Origin: Narcine bancroftii
Taxonomy: Eukaryota
Length of the DNA stretch: 64,000 bases
Assembly (NCBI RefSeq): GCF_036971445.1
Contig: NC_091472.1
Coordinates: 204,600,001-204,664,000, forward strand
Direction: 5' to 3'
Part shown: positions 38,301 through 50,300 of the stretch, piece after piece
How the letters are laid out: each line of letters starts with the position of its first letter
Position numbering within the stretch: the first letter of the stretch is position 1
The notes under the pieces: generated by a model
Told to the model about the DNA's origin: nothing
The model's database searches: none
What the model saw: only the letters and a program-made list of their open reading frames with translations
Program-made: the position numbers and the translations under genes

Positions 38301-38589
38301 CCAGCTCCCACAGGCAGTCTTTGAAGTTTAGACACTGAAGAGATTAAGCCTGAGGCTGTATCAAGTAATCTAGGCCCCAAATCTTCAACACTTCGAAAAT
38401 TTAACTTCTTTTGCACTTGAGGTTTAATCTTTTTACCATTAATGGCCATAATAGTTCCTTAATACTTTAAACTAAAATTTTAAAAGTTTAAACTTGAAAA
38501 CAAAGGGTTAAAAAATGGGTGCTTAAAAGTCTGGCCAGAGAGGTCGAGATTACATGTCTAGACTCTACACCATCTTGCCACGGCCCCCC
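32305..38589 (-). mobile_element. Full-length but inactivated L1-clade LINE (element B)
   Basis: 5' end GGGGGCCGTGGCAAGATGG, ORF1 (38449-~37020), ORF2 MSKLRFATFNVQGLNSPIKR (36714) through the zinc knuckle, and a poly(A) tail. TSD TCCTAATTG(C/A)ATTGA at 32290-32304 and 38590-38604. Confidence 0.93.
32851..33335 (-). mobile_element. RTE 3' fragment nested in element B
   Basis: Near-identical to 5115-5595 and absent at the equivalent site of element C (~45238). Confidence 0.92.
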
Positions 38590-38628
38590 TCCTAATTGAA
38601 TTGATATTTCCAGATACTTGTTCAGTCT

Positions 38629-38634
<6 letters not shown>

Positions 38635-38700
<66 letters not shown>
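38635..38700. repeat. (GA)n microsatellite at the E/D junction
   Basis: Directly visible. Confidence 0.98.
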
Positions 38701-38702
<2 letters not shown>

Positions 38703-41700
38703 ACTCCTTTTACTCAAGGGTACACAATTTATATACAAGGATTGATTTATTTTTAATGTCTACCCATTTAAAAAGTCGAGTGATTAAAAAGAGTATACAT
38801 AGTGAGGCTTCTATCAGACCACACACCACTAACATTAACTATCAATTCTACATAACTTAAAAGAACAAACTTCTACAAATTTATAAAGAGAGAGATAGAA
38901 ACAAACCAGCCATCTATTAATACTAGTTTTTGATATGGGACACACTCAAAGCATATTTGAAGGGACTAAATATATCCTATACAAAGAATATTAAGAGCTA
39001 ATATATGGCAGAAGTAAATAGTCTGGAGAAAGATATTATAGAATTAGAAAAAAAATCAATGAACTGGACTGCAAGAAGAATACAGTTGACTGGTGAATAT
39101 AAAGCCAAGATATAACACAATACAAACATATACAACGTAAAAAAGCTATATTAAAAACTAAACATACTATGTGCTAGATGAACAGCATAGAAGGTTTTCT
39201 CTTGGCAGATTAAAGTAGAGAAGTCATCAAGAATAAAAACAGAGACAGACATTCCAATATATAAACAAAAGGAGATCAATGACATTTTTTGACAATATTA
39301 CACAAAATTGTACAAATCAGGATCATTAGGAGCCAAGAATGAAATGGAAGAATTTTTGTCCATTGTTGAACTTCCACAACTAGCAGAGAGAGAAATGATA
39401 GAATGAGGCACTCCCTTTACAGGAGAAGAAATTGAAAAACTCTGGGCACCCTACTGGCTAATAAATCACTGGGGTAGAATGAATTCCCACCTGAATTTTA
39501 CAGACAATTCAAAGTATTATTAATGCCTCTGTTAATGGATGTCCTGGACCAAGCTGTGGAAACACAGACCCTCCTGGAGTCATTCTCAACCTCAGTTATG
39601 ACACTGTTACCAAAAAAGAATATGGACCCACAAAAACTTTGTCATACAGACCAATATTCTGTTAAATGCTGATTTTAATATACTAGCAAAAGTGTTGGCT
39701 AATAGATTAGGATAATATCTACCAAAACTGATACATACAGACCAGGTAGGATTTGTTAAAGGAAGACATTCCTCAAATAGTCCAGGATTATTATTTATAT
39801 TTAATACACATTCGAATGTATTACAAGTCTCTCTGGATGCAGAAAAAAGTATTTGACTGTTTGGAACGGTCCTTTCTATTTAAAACATTGGAAACATTTG
39901 GCATAGACAGAACATTTATAAACTGGATAAAAATTTTATACCATAAACCGCAAGCCAAAATTATAACAAATAATCAGAGATCAACAGTGTTCACCTTGAG
40001 CAGATTGAGCAGACAGAGATGCCCTCTGTCCCCAGCACAATTTATTTTAGAGATTGAACTTCTGGCGGAGATAATAAGAGGGGATCTAGATATAAGGGGC
40101 TTCAAAGTTGGACAAAGAGAATATAAAATTAGTCTATTTGCCGACAATGTGCAAATCTATTGGACCTGGCTAAATCTTTGGAAAATATTACAAGGAATAT
40201 GTGAAAAATATGGAATATCAGGTTATAAAATAAATATGGACAAAAGCAAGATAATGCCATTGAGTATGAAAGATATCAGAAAGGGAAGTAAATTTGAATG
40301 GAAGATGGATGTAATAAAATATCTTGGAATAGCAACTGACAACAACTTACAAAATCTGTATAAACTAAATTAAGTTCCTCTTTTGGTGAAGATAGAAAGG
40401 AACCTGTAGAAATGGAGAGATTTACTGATTAGTGGGAAGGGTTTTCAATTGCCTATTCTATTACTTACAAACTTCTTTAAACTACTAAACAATCATATTT
40501 GACAGCTTCTATGGAATAATAAGATACTGATAAATCTGACATAGGACTACGGACTGGCAGGACTTAAACTTCAAGGTTTAAAAAAATACTTCCTAGCTGC
40601 ACTGGCTAGATTTCCTGCAGCCTTTTTTATGAAAGACAGACACCCATCTTGGATTCAGATGGGAATGTATTCAATGAAGGAGTGGGGAAGCAAAGGATTT
40701 TATCTATAAATGGAGTGTCAAATCCATAGAAATAAAAGACAGGTAATCCCATACTAATGCACATGATCAGAACATGGCAAGAAATTAATGAATATATAGG
40801 AAAAAAAGTACCACTGTGTAACCATGTTTTACTAGCTATGAACATAGGCAATTTGTGGTATGACAAAGCTGTAAGATGTATTAAAAACTGATACATGGAA
40901 GGAACTCTTATATCCTTTGAACAATTAAAATGCAAATATGGAGTGGCCAATGGGACCTTCTTCTGTTTGCTCCAGTTTAGATCATCCTTGAGAGAATGAT
41001 GGGGTCCAATGTTGACCCCACTGGAAATTAGTGAAATGGAACGAGTGGTCTGGATGGGGAATACATCCAAATTTATAATAAAAATGTACTAAGCTCTCTA
41101 GAGTGAAAGTGCAACCCCAGGATCAAGGGAAAGATGGGAGTCGGATTTGGGTGTGGTGATTTCAGAAAGAAGCTGATCAGATTGGTATAAAGACAGTATG
41201 ACATCAATTACATAGATCAAAAGCAGAAATATCAGAGATGTGTTTCAGATGTGCAACTGAGACAGGAACTTTTCTACATGTTATGTGGCCGTGCGTGAAG
41301 GTGAAGCCATTTTGGGAAGAAATCACTGAAAAATTAACCAGGATAATGGGAGAGGCCTTCATGGGCAACATGGAGCTGTATCTATTCATGGAATAATTTC
41401 ATGGAAATAAGCTTCAAATTGACTGAATATCAAACTCATTTATAAAAATAGCACTGGCGGTAGCAAAAAAAGTATCACTATCACTTGGATGTCTGACGAA
41501 ATGAAAACCTATGGAAAAAAAATCACATATAACTTAATAAATATGACACTTTTGTAAAGATTTGGCAGCAACACCTGAATCACAGAGGGGCCCAGATACA
41601 GTAACAGAAGGAACATAAATATTGATTTTATATATACACACACACTAATGTGATTACCCCAATTGTATTCTATATATTTAAAAGATATATATGCTCAGAA

Positions 41701-42060
41701 GGTGTGCAAATTCTTATGTATGGAAGGGGGTGGTGGTGGGGGGGGGGGGTGGGGAGGGAAAGGAAGGGAACATTTTAATTTTGTTGTTTGTTGGTAGGTA
41801 AAAGTTTAATATATTGTGTTAGTGGAGATTTTATTATGCATATTTTTGGGGAAATAAAATCAAAATTAAAATATTTTAAAAAGTACAAACAATGTAACCA
41901 GTCAATGACGCTGGTTCTTGGCCAAAATGACAAAGGCACAAAGATGAGTCTGCCCTGAATTTCACTCCGTATTCCGTAGAAAGGAGCAATGGGGTAAGGC
42001 ACGGTAGGAGTTTAAACCCTTCTCTTTTCAGTCAGTATGGTCTTAAAATGGTCTTTTACA

Positions 42061-43260
42061 TGTGACAGAGTATGTAGAGGTGTTTGGGAGATAAATTGAG
42101 GGAGGTTTGTTGGAGCAGGTCACACACAAACACTTTAAAACACAGAATTTTTGCAAGAGCTTTTGCAGAGTGCTATTTGCAAAAAGCAACAAATGTATCA
42201 ACATGCAGCAGCAGCTTTATCTGGAAAAGGACAGTTTGCTGTCTGGAAGAGCATGTGATCTCTCAGAGTGGGAGGGAGTGAGAGAGAGGAGAGCCGCAGA
42301 CTTCGGTTCCAGAGGGACAAGCTGGCAAGCTTTGGAAAATGGCCTGGTCAAAGGAGAGGACTGGCTGTTTGGTGTTTCCCTTGTAATAGAGGAAACAGAA
42401 AGCAACTCTCTGCTGACCTGAAACAAGGAGGTTAGCATCTGGAGAACCCTGAAAGGGGGGGTGGGGGGGGAGTTTTGTCAGCAAGACTAAAGTGGCTGAT
42501 TAAAAAAGGAATCAGTTGTGGATGTCCTGGAACCAAAAAATTATCTCTCTGAAAACCAACAAGAACCCTCCTGAGTGGTAACCATTTACCTGTTAAGCAC
42601 AAAAAGCAAGATCGTGTTATATGGCGAGCTCTCCACTGGCCACCGAGACAGAGGTGCACCAAAGAAGAGGTACAAGTACTGCTTAAAGAAATCTCTTGGT
42701 ACCTGCCACATTGACCACCGCCAGTGGGCTGATATCGCCTCCAACCCAGCATCTTGGCGCCTCACAGTTCGGCGGGCAGCAACCTCCTTTGAAGAAGACC
42801 GCAGAGCCCACCTCACTGACAAAAGACAAAGGAGGAAAAACCCAACACCAACCCCAACCAACCAATTTTCCCTTGCAACCGCTGGTGCCTGCTTGTCCCA
42901 CATCGGAACTTGTCAGTCACCAACGAGCCTGCAGCAGACGTGGACATACCCCTCCATAAATCTTCGTCCGTGAAGCCAAGCCAAAGAAAAGAACAAAAGC
43001 CTGTTGGACTTTATTAATGTTAACTTCTGGGCACAGTACAAGAATTGCCTGCAACCAGTGAGATTGGATTGTGAACCAATGAACTTTTTTGCACATTACA
43101 CACACCTGCGCTTAGAATTAGAAGTCAATAGATATAAGTTCAAGTTTGATTTTGTTTTCACGTTCAAAGCTAATTAAAAGCAACTTTTGTTTAAGTTACC
43201 TTTTGTCGTGGTGCATATCTATTGCTGCTGGGTTTTGGGGTCCTCTGGACATACAAAACA
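42061..43260. mobile_element. Solo LTR family X (inverted relative to the other copies) containing an RTE insertion
   Basis: Reverse-complement homology to 20916-21907, with TG...CA ends. Confidence 0.75.
42608..42992 (+). mobile_element. RTE 3' fragment
   Basis: KIVLYGELSTGHRDRGAPKKRYK...EEDRRAHLTDKRQRRK, an AAAG tail, and ACAAAA(A)GC on both sides. Confidence 0.9.
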
Positions 43261-43627
43261 TGGTCAACGCTCGCGCGTTGATTTTTCTCTTCGTCAATAG
43301 CCTTGCCCAGCAGTAGCCTGTTGTTTCGTGCCAAGTATTTTCCAAGAGCCATGCTTTTTTGGAGCCGGCGAAATTTCACCTGCCCACAACCTGCAGCAAT
43401 GAAGCATCAGTGAGCGCGGACAGAGAGTTCTCGCCAGGCTTTTCCGCTGAGAAGCGGCGGCTACGCTCGCTTTGGATTCTGCGAGGCGTCAACTATTCTG
43501 AGAGGTGCCCTGCGAGCAGCGTGTGGTCTCTGCAAAGTGCACCCACATCCGTCCGAAGCATTGCCTTAAGTCGAGTCGTTCCTGCAAACCTTCGCTGATT
43601 CAACTCCTCGAGCAGTGTCCCGTAAAC

Positions 43628-44039
43628 ATGAATATCGTTGCATTGATAGCGACACATGTGCCTTTGTTCTGCGCCGCTTGGTTCTCGGTTGGCGTGATTC
43701 GAGTTGACCAGACCCCAAATCATCTTACTGTGCCTGAAGGTGGGACGGCGAACCTGACCTGTACCTTTGGTGCTGGTGCAATTCAAGACTTTGCCATCAA
43801 CTGGCTTCATCGACCAAGCAGGTCGACAAATTGGAGCTACATACTTTACATGAACGACTCGACTAAACTCCTTTCCATCAGGGCGGAATGTCGAAGGGAC
43901 CAGAACCCACTCAGGTGCCAGTTGTCAATGAGTCATCTCCAGCCAGCCGATAGCGGCATTTATCTCTGCGAACTCCAGGTTCTGGATCCGCCTCTCACCG
44001 ACCATTTCACGGGGAACGGAAGCACAGTGACGGTAACAG
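43628..44039 (+). CDS. Exon encoding signal peptide plus V-set Ig domain (V-J type) of a CD28/CTLA-4/PD-1-family-like receptor
   Basis: MNIVALIATHVPLFCAAWFSVG-VIRVDQTP...EGGTANLTC...FAINW...LQPADSGIYLC...GNGSTVTVT has the B/F Cys, C-strand Trp, DxGxYxC and a GxG G-strand, ending at the phase-1 donor AG|GTAGGG (44040). The V domain is firm; the start site and family are inferred. Confidence 0.85.
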
Positions 44040-44394
44040 GTAGGGGTTGTAATTCAGTTTCCAGTTGAGAAGGACATTTTGTAATGTTATTAAAATTCTG
44101 GTTTGTATCCAGGATGATGATAAACGCATGACTGGCGGTAGGGCTTCAGACTCTTGGATCATTGGGAACTCTTGGGGATGGTGCAACCTGTACCATAAGG
44201 ATGGGTCCCATCTGAACCCAAAGGCGACCAATATGCTGGCAGGCAAGTTTAATGGAGATGATCGGGAGGGATTACACTAATTTGGAAGAGGGTGGGAACC
44301 AGAGGGCAAGCGGGAAAACAGCAGTGAAGTGAAGATAGGGTGCAGCAAGGTTGACAGGCAGGTGACGAGACAGTATGTTCAAAATCTGGTCTAA

Positions 44395-47300
44395 AGGTAT
44401 TCTACTAAAATACCCGCAGCATTAGAAACAAGGTGAATGATCTTGCAGTGTAGTATCTCGTGTAGATAGGGTGGTGAAGAAGGCTTTTGGTCTGGTGGCC
44501 TTTATAAATCATAGCATGGAATTTAGAAGCTGGTTCAAGGCATTTGTGAGGCCAAGTATGGAATATTGTGTGTAGTTCTGGTCTCCAAATTAGAGGAAGG
44601 ATATCAATAAGGTAGAGAGGGTGCAGAGAAGATTTACTAAAATGTTGTCTTGTTTGCAGTATCTAAAATACAGAGAAAGATTGAGTAGATGCTTCATTGG
44701 AGCATGGAAGGTTTTTTTAAACTTTATTTATTCATTCAAAAAACAAATAATATATGATATATATACGACAATTAACCATAAACATAAAAAAGAGAAAAGA
44801 AAAGAACCCCCCCCCCTCAGCCAACTCTCCTAAGGAGAGCCATAAAGAAAGAAAAAAAAAGAAAAATTAAATATACATATTAAGATCTAATCAATGTAAA
44901 TTGAAATGTAAATATTCTGAATACAACGAGCACTTATTAATAAAAAATTATAATTATCACGTGAAACATACATGATTTTTTCCATTATTAAATAATATCT
45001 CATCTCATTATGCCATCTATTAATATCAATCATATTTGTATCTTTCTACGTACTAGCAATACATTTTTTCGCTACGGATAAAGCCAAATATACAAAAGCA
45101 AGCTGAAACTTATCTAATCCAAAGCCTTTCAAAAGTTGCAAACTACCCAATAAAAATACTGTTGGATCTAAAACTATTTTAATCTTATACAGATATTCTA
45201 AAAACGATTGAATTTTCTTCCAAAATGATTGTATATGTATACATGACCAAACGGCATGAAAAAAAGTTCCAACCGTATCACCACATCTAAAACACAAACC
45301 TGATTGATGAAAACCATACTTTTTTAATTTTTCAGGTGTTAAATATAATTGATGAAAAAAAATTATAGTTAATCATTGCATAATGGGCATTTATCAATCT
45401 AGTTACATTATCATAACAAATGTTTATCCAATCATCTTCGGAAAAAAATAAAACCAGTATCCGCTTCCCATTTACTTTTAGATCTATCCCAACCCTTTTT
45501 ATCCATACCATCCTGTAATATTTGATACATAGATGAAATATAACCCTTCTCTGGTACCTTCATAAGAAAAGTCTCAAATTTAGTCATTTCAGGTAAAATC
45601 ATATCTCTACCAAACATACATTTTACCAAAGATCGAATTTGATAATATAGAAACAAAGAATTCTTATCAATACCAAAACCTTCCCTCATCTGATTAAAAG
45701 ATAAAAATCTACCCTCTTTAAAACAATCTCACAAATTTTTCACACCTTTAAATCTCCAATGCAATAAACTTCGATTATGTATTGAAAAAGAAATAAGTTG
45801 ATTATTATACAATGGAGTCAAAGCCGATAATTTACCCCTAGAGCCTGTCATTTTATTTTTCTTTATCCATAACTTCATTAAATGTTTTAGTATAGGCACA
45901 TTATATTATTGTAACAAATTTATATTCCATCTAAACAAAAATTGATGTATTTCAAATTCAGAAATATTTGCCATCTCAATTTTAGCCCAACTAGGGGGCC
46001 GTACCAAATCCATCAATGAACTAATAAATTTAAGTTGTGCTGCTTCAAAATAATTTTGAAAATGTGGTAAACGTAATCCCCCTAACTCATATTTCCAAGT
46101 TAATTTATTCAAAGACATTCTCAAAAATTTACTTCTCCATAAAAACTCCCTAACCATTTTATTCAGATCTCAAAAAATATATATTATCAAGTAAATACGG
46201 AATAGATTGAAACAAATATTGTATACGCGGAAAGATATTCATCTTAATTGTATTTATCCTACCCATTAAATTAATAGGTAAATCTATCCATTTGATCAAA
46301 TCAGTTTTAATTTTTTTCATTAACAGAACATAATTTAATTTAAAGATTGATAATTAACATTCAAAATTATACCCAAATATTTAATTCGATCAGTCCATTT
46401 CAAATTAATGATATTCTTATAAACTGAATAATCTCCTTCACTTACCGGTAGTATTTCACTTTTTTCTCAATTAACTTTATATCCAGAAAGACATCCATAT
46501 TGTATTAAACACTCCTTCAAATGGAAAAGTGACTGAGCTGGGTTTATTAAATACACCAATGCATCATCAGCAAATAAATTAATTTTATACTCCTCATCTA
46601 AAACTTTCATACCTTGCATCTGTGTATTTTGTCTTATCAATTGTGCTAACAATTGACACAAACAAAGCCGAGGATAAAGGACAACCTTGTCAAGTTGATC
46701 GAGATAGTTTAAAGGGTTCTGAAATCAAAACATTCATCAATGCTCGAGCTACCGGTTTACTATATAGAGCCCTAATCCATCCAATAAAAAAGGACAAAAC
46801 TTGAATTTCTCCAAAACTTTAAACAAAAAGTTCCATTCAACTCTATCAAATGCCTTTTCTGCATCAAGAGATATCACCATCGGGTGATCTGAAGGTTGTT
46901 GAAATCTATTAATCAAACTAACCACGCACAAAATGTTATCTGAAGCATATCTATTCTTTATAAAACCTGTTTGATGCATATGAATCAACTTAGGTTAAAA
47001 TTTTGCCAATCTATTCGATAATATTTTAGCTATTATTTTATAATCTACATTTAACAACGAAATTGGTCTATATGAAGATACTTTCAAAGGATTCTATCTT
47101 TTTTTGGGATTACCGTGATTAAAGCACTAGAACAAGACTCAGGTAATTCATAATGTTCTCCAACTTGACGTAATACATCCCCAAACACTGTAGATAAATC
47201 ATCATTAAAAAAATTTATAAAATTCAACTGAAAATCCATCATCACCAGGAGATTTACCGTTCAGCATTTCCAGCATAGCCATTTTAATTTCTGAATCAGT

Positions 47301-50300
47301 AAATGGTTCCTCTAACTCCTGTATATCTCCATCCTCTAATATCGGTAAATTCAACTGTGATTAAAAAAAGATCAATCGATCCAGTTTCTTGTTTTCCTTG
47401 AGATGTATATAACTTTTTATAAAATGAGTAAAATTCATCATTAATCTCACGAGGTTTATAAGGGAATTCCGTCTAACAGCATTAAATAGTCCTCGAAATC
47501 TGTTCTTTCTTTAATTGCCATGCCAGTATATGTGCTTTCTCTCCCTATTCATAATACCTTTGCTTTGTCCTATTAATCAAACATTCAAATTGATAAGATT
47601 GCAAAGTATTATATTCCAATTTCAACTTAGATAATTCTATTTTCTGATCTTCTGTAGCATCTTTCTGAAATTCCTTTTCTAACTCATAAATCTGTTTCTC
47701 TAATTCAAGACTGATTTAATCGATTCTTCTTTATTTTAGAAGTATAACTAATTATTTGTCCTCTCAAATAGGCTTTCATAACATCCCATAATACAAACTT
47801 ACTTTGAACAGAATTAGAATTTTCTTTCAAAAAAATATTAATTTGTTTTTTCAAAAAATCAATAAATTCCATATTTTTTTACAACATTGTATTAAACCTC
47901 CAACGATAGGCCACTTCGATTTTCTCAGAAGTTGCATTTGTAAAATATAACAAAGAATGATCTGAAATCACCCTACTTTTATATTCCACTTGTATTTTCC
48001 CTTGTAAATGTGCCGATACTAAAAAAAAAAGTAAATCCTTGAAAACGATTCATGTCAAGATGAATAAAAAGAGAAATCTTTCTCTGTCAGATTAAGAAGT
48101 CTCCAAATATCTACTAAATTAAGATCTTTCATGAACGCTTGAACCTGAACTGCCATCTTGGATTTCTTAACTTTCTTCGGAGCTTTATCTATTAAAGGTT
48201 CCAAAACACAATTAAAATAACCACCAACTAAAATATTATCATTAGCCTGACCCAAACATAAAAATGCATCTGAAATAAATATTTCATCATCTGCATTTGA
48301 GGCATAAATATTAAGTAAAGTCCAAAATTCACTAAAATCTTACAATTCAATTTAAGAATACATCCTGCCTTTTCCTCCGTTGATTGTAATTCAAAAGATA
48401 AATTTTTATGTATCAAGATTGCTAAACCTTTAGCCCTAGAATTAAATGAAGAAGAATATACATGCCCAACCCAGTCCCTCTTTAATTTCATACTTTCCTT
48501 CACATTCAAATGTGTTTCTTGTAAAAAAGCAACATCAATTTTCATTTTCTTAATATATGCCAACACTCGCTTATGCTTAATTGGACTGTTTAATCCTCGA
48601 ACATTAAAAGTAGCAAACCTCAACTTTGACATATCTACTATTGTTACTAAATACCAATAATATCTTTATATGAAAACTCAAATCAACATATATAGGCCCT
48701 CCAATAGGAAAGAAAAATCACAAATTAAAAATTAACTAAAATGAAAATAAAATATAATAATAAAGAAAAAAAAGAAAATCCCCCTCAAAAAAAACTACCA
48801 AAAGGTAGTAATCCCCTAATCAAAAATTGGGTGTGGGTCACCCACCAGTGGCTGATGACTAGTACAGAACTTAGAGCAAATCTCTCCCTCCCTAGCCAAA
48901 CAATCAATAACATCAAAATATCATCATAACAAAAAAAATAGAGTAAGAAAAAAAAATTCTTCTTTTCATCCAAGAGATTCCAATCTCGAAGATCCCATTT
49001 CAGAAGGAGGTAGACTCTTTCCATTCCCATTTTTCCCATTTCTGCCATTTCTTCCGTTTCCAGAACAACCAGATTTTTCTTTAGGAGATAATGGTGGACT
49101 ACGTCTTTGTCCTCTTATATCTGGCAATGAATCAGCAAAAATCATTGCTTCACAATCATTCTCAAAAAACCAAAATTGATAGTCTCCATAAAACACCTTC
49201 AACACTGCAGGGTAGCAAAAAGTAGACTTATAACCTGTACGCCACAAAGCTTCTTTAACTGGATTAAATCGATGTCGACGTTGAATGACCTCTTGACTCA
49301 AATCAGGGTAAAAGAAAATTCTGCTATTCTGAATCAATAATGGAGTTTGTCATTGTCTCGCATTTTGCACCGCCAGTCGAAGTATTGTTTCTCTGTCCAA
49401 ATAATTCAAACATCGAATTATTACTGGTCTTGGTGGTTGACCAGTTGAGGGTGTTCTTCTTAAAGCTCTATGGGCTCTTTCCAGTACCAATCCCCCAGAG
49501 AAAAATTCTTGACTTAATACTTGCAGGATCCAGTCTTTAAAGAAACAAAGAGGATTTTGTCCTTCTATACCTTCTGGCAAACCAACAATTTTCACATTAT
49601 TCCTTCTGCTTTGATTCTCCAAGTAATCTATTTTCCTCTCTAGCTCCTTCTCACGTTCTCCCAATTCTATGACTGATTTTTCAACCTTCAACACTTTTTC
49701 TGTGTTAGAAACCACTTGTTTACAGTCCAAAAAAGCAGTCTGAATTTTTTTTAAATTCTTCATAAGATGAACCCACATATGTCTTAACCATATTTAATTC
49801 TGAACTTATACCAGCATTCATTTGAGCCATTTCATTCATTTGAGATGTCAAAGGTTTAATAACAGCTTGAACAATATCATTTAATTGCATACACTGTAGG
49901 TCAGAAAAGCTCAGCCCTGCTCTCTCTGATGTAGTGACAGAACAAGTTCCTGCTGCAACTCAACAGAAGGCATTTTAAAAGTTTTACTGCGGGTCTGGAC
50001 TCCCAGTGACGGCACCCAGACTTCCTCAGGGGGTCGCCACTTGTCTGCCCCCGCATCTTGTTGTTTTTTCATGAAATCACGAAGAAAAGCAATTTCTTCA
50101 GATTGAAGGGCTTCCTGATGCATTTCCAACAATGGAGTCGTCTTCCTGTGTGCTCCCTCTGTTGAAATCGAAAGGCTTTCCAAATCAGGGTCCACTTCTT
50201 GGGAACACGCACCTTCTTCCAGAGAACGAGTAATTCCAGTGCCATCCTTCACTTAGTGAGTAATAGACTTTTTTTTTCAACTCCCACAGGCAGTCTTTGA

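Larger units (their letters stand above)
31719..38629 (-). mobile_element. Internal L1 ORF2 fragment (element E; 31719-32304 plus 38590-38629) inserted antisense in D and itself split by element B
   Basis: Minus-strand NADYKIVIKVLANRL...DQAGFIKNRYSADNI. Flanked by AGATAGAGA at 31710-31718 and 38630-38638. Confidence 0.7.
29800..41882 (+). mobile_element. Degraded near-full-length L1-clade LINE (element D), split at 31710-38700 by nested insertions
   Basis: ORF1 remnants at 29837-30700 and the ORF2 start SLNINGLN (~31195). The frame NPSER|DYSFYSRVH resumes at 38700. RT fragments lie at 39753-40373, followed by a G-rich 3' UTR and A-rich end. Confidence 0.85.

Noticed and set aside
44023-44029. 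CACAGTG inside the receptor G strand
   Set aside because: Simply the codons for S-T-V; no nonamer follows.
43628-44039. Calling this exon a rearranged TCR/Ig V gene, NKp30 or CD8
   Set aside because: No C1 exon was found and the next compatible exon is a TM. There is no charged TM residue (NKp30) and no long Cys/O-glycan stalk (CD8).
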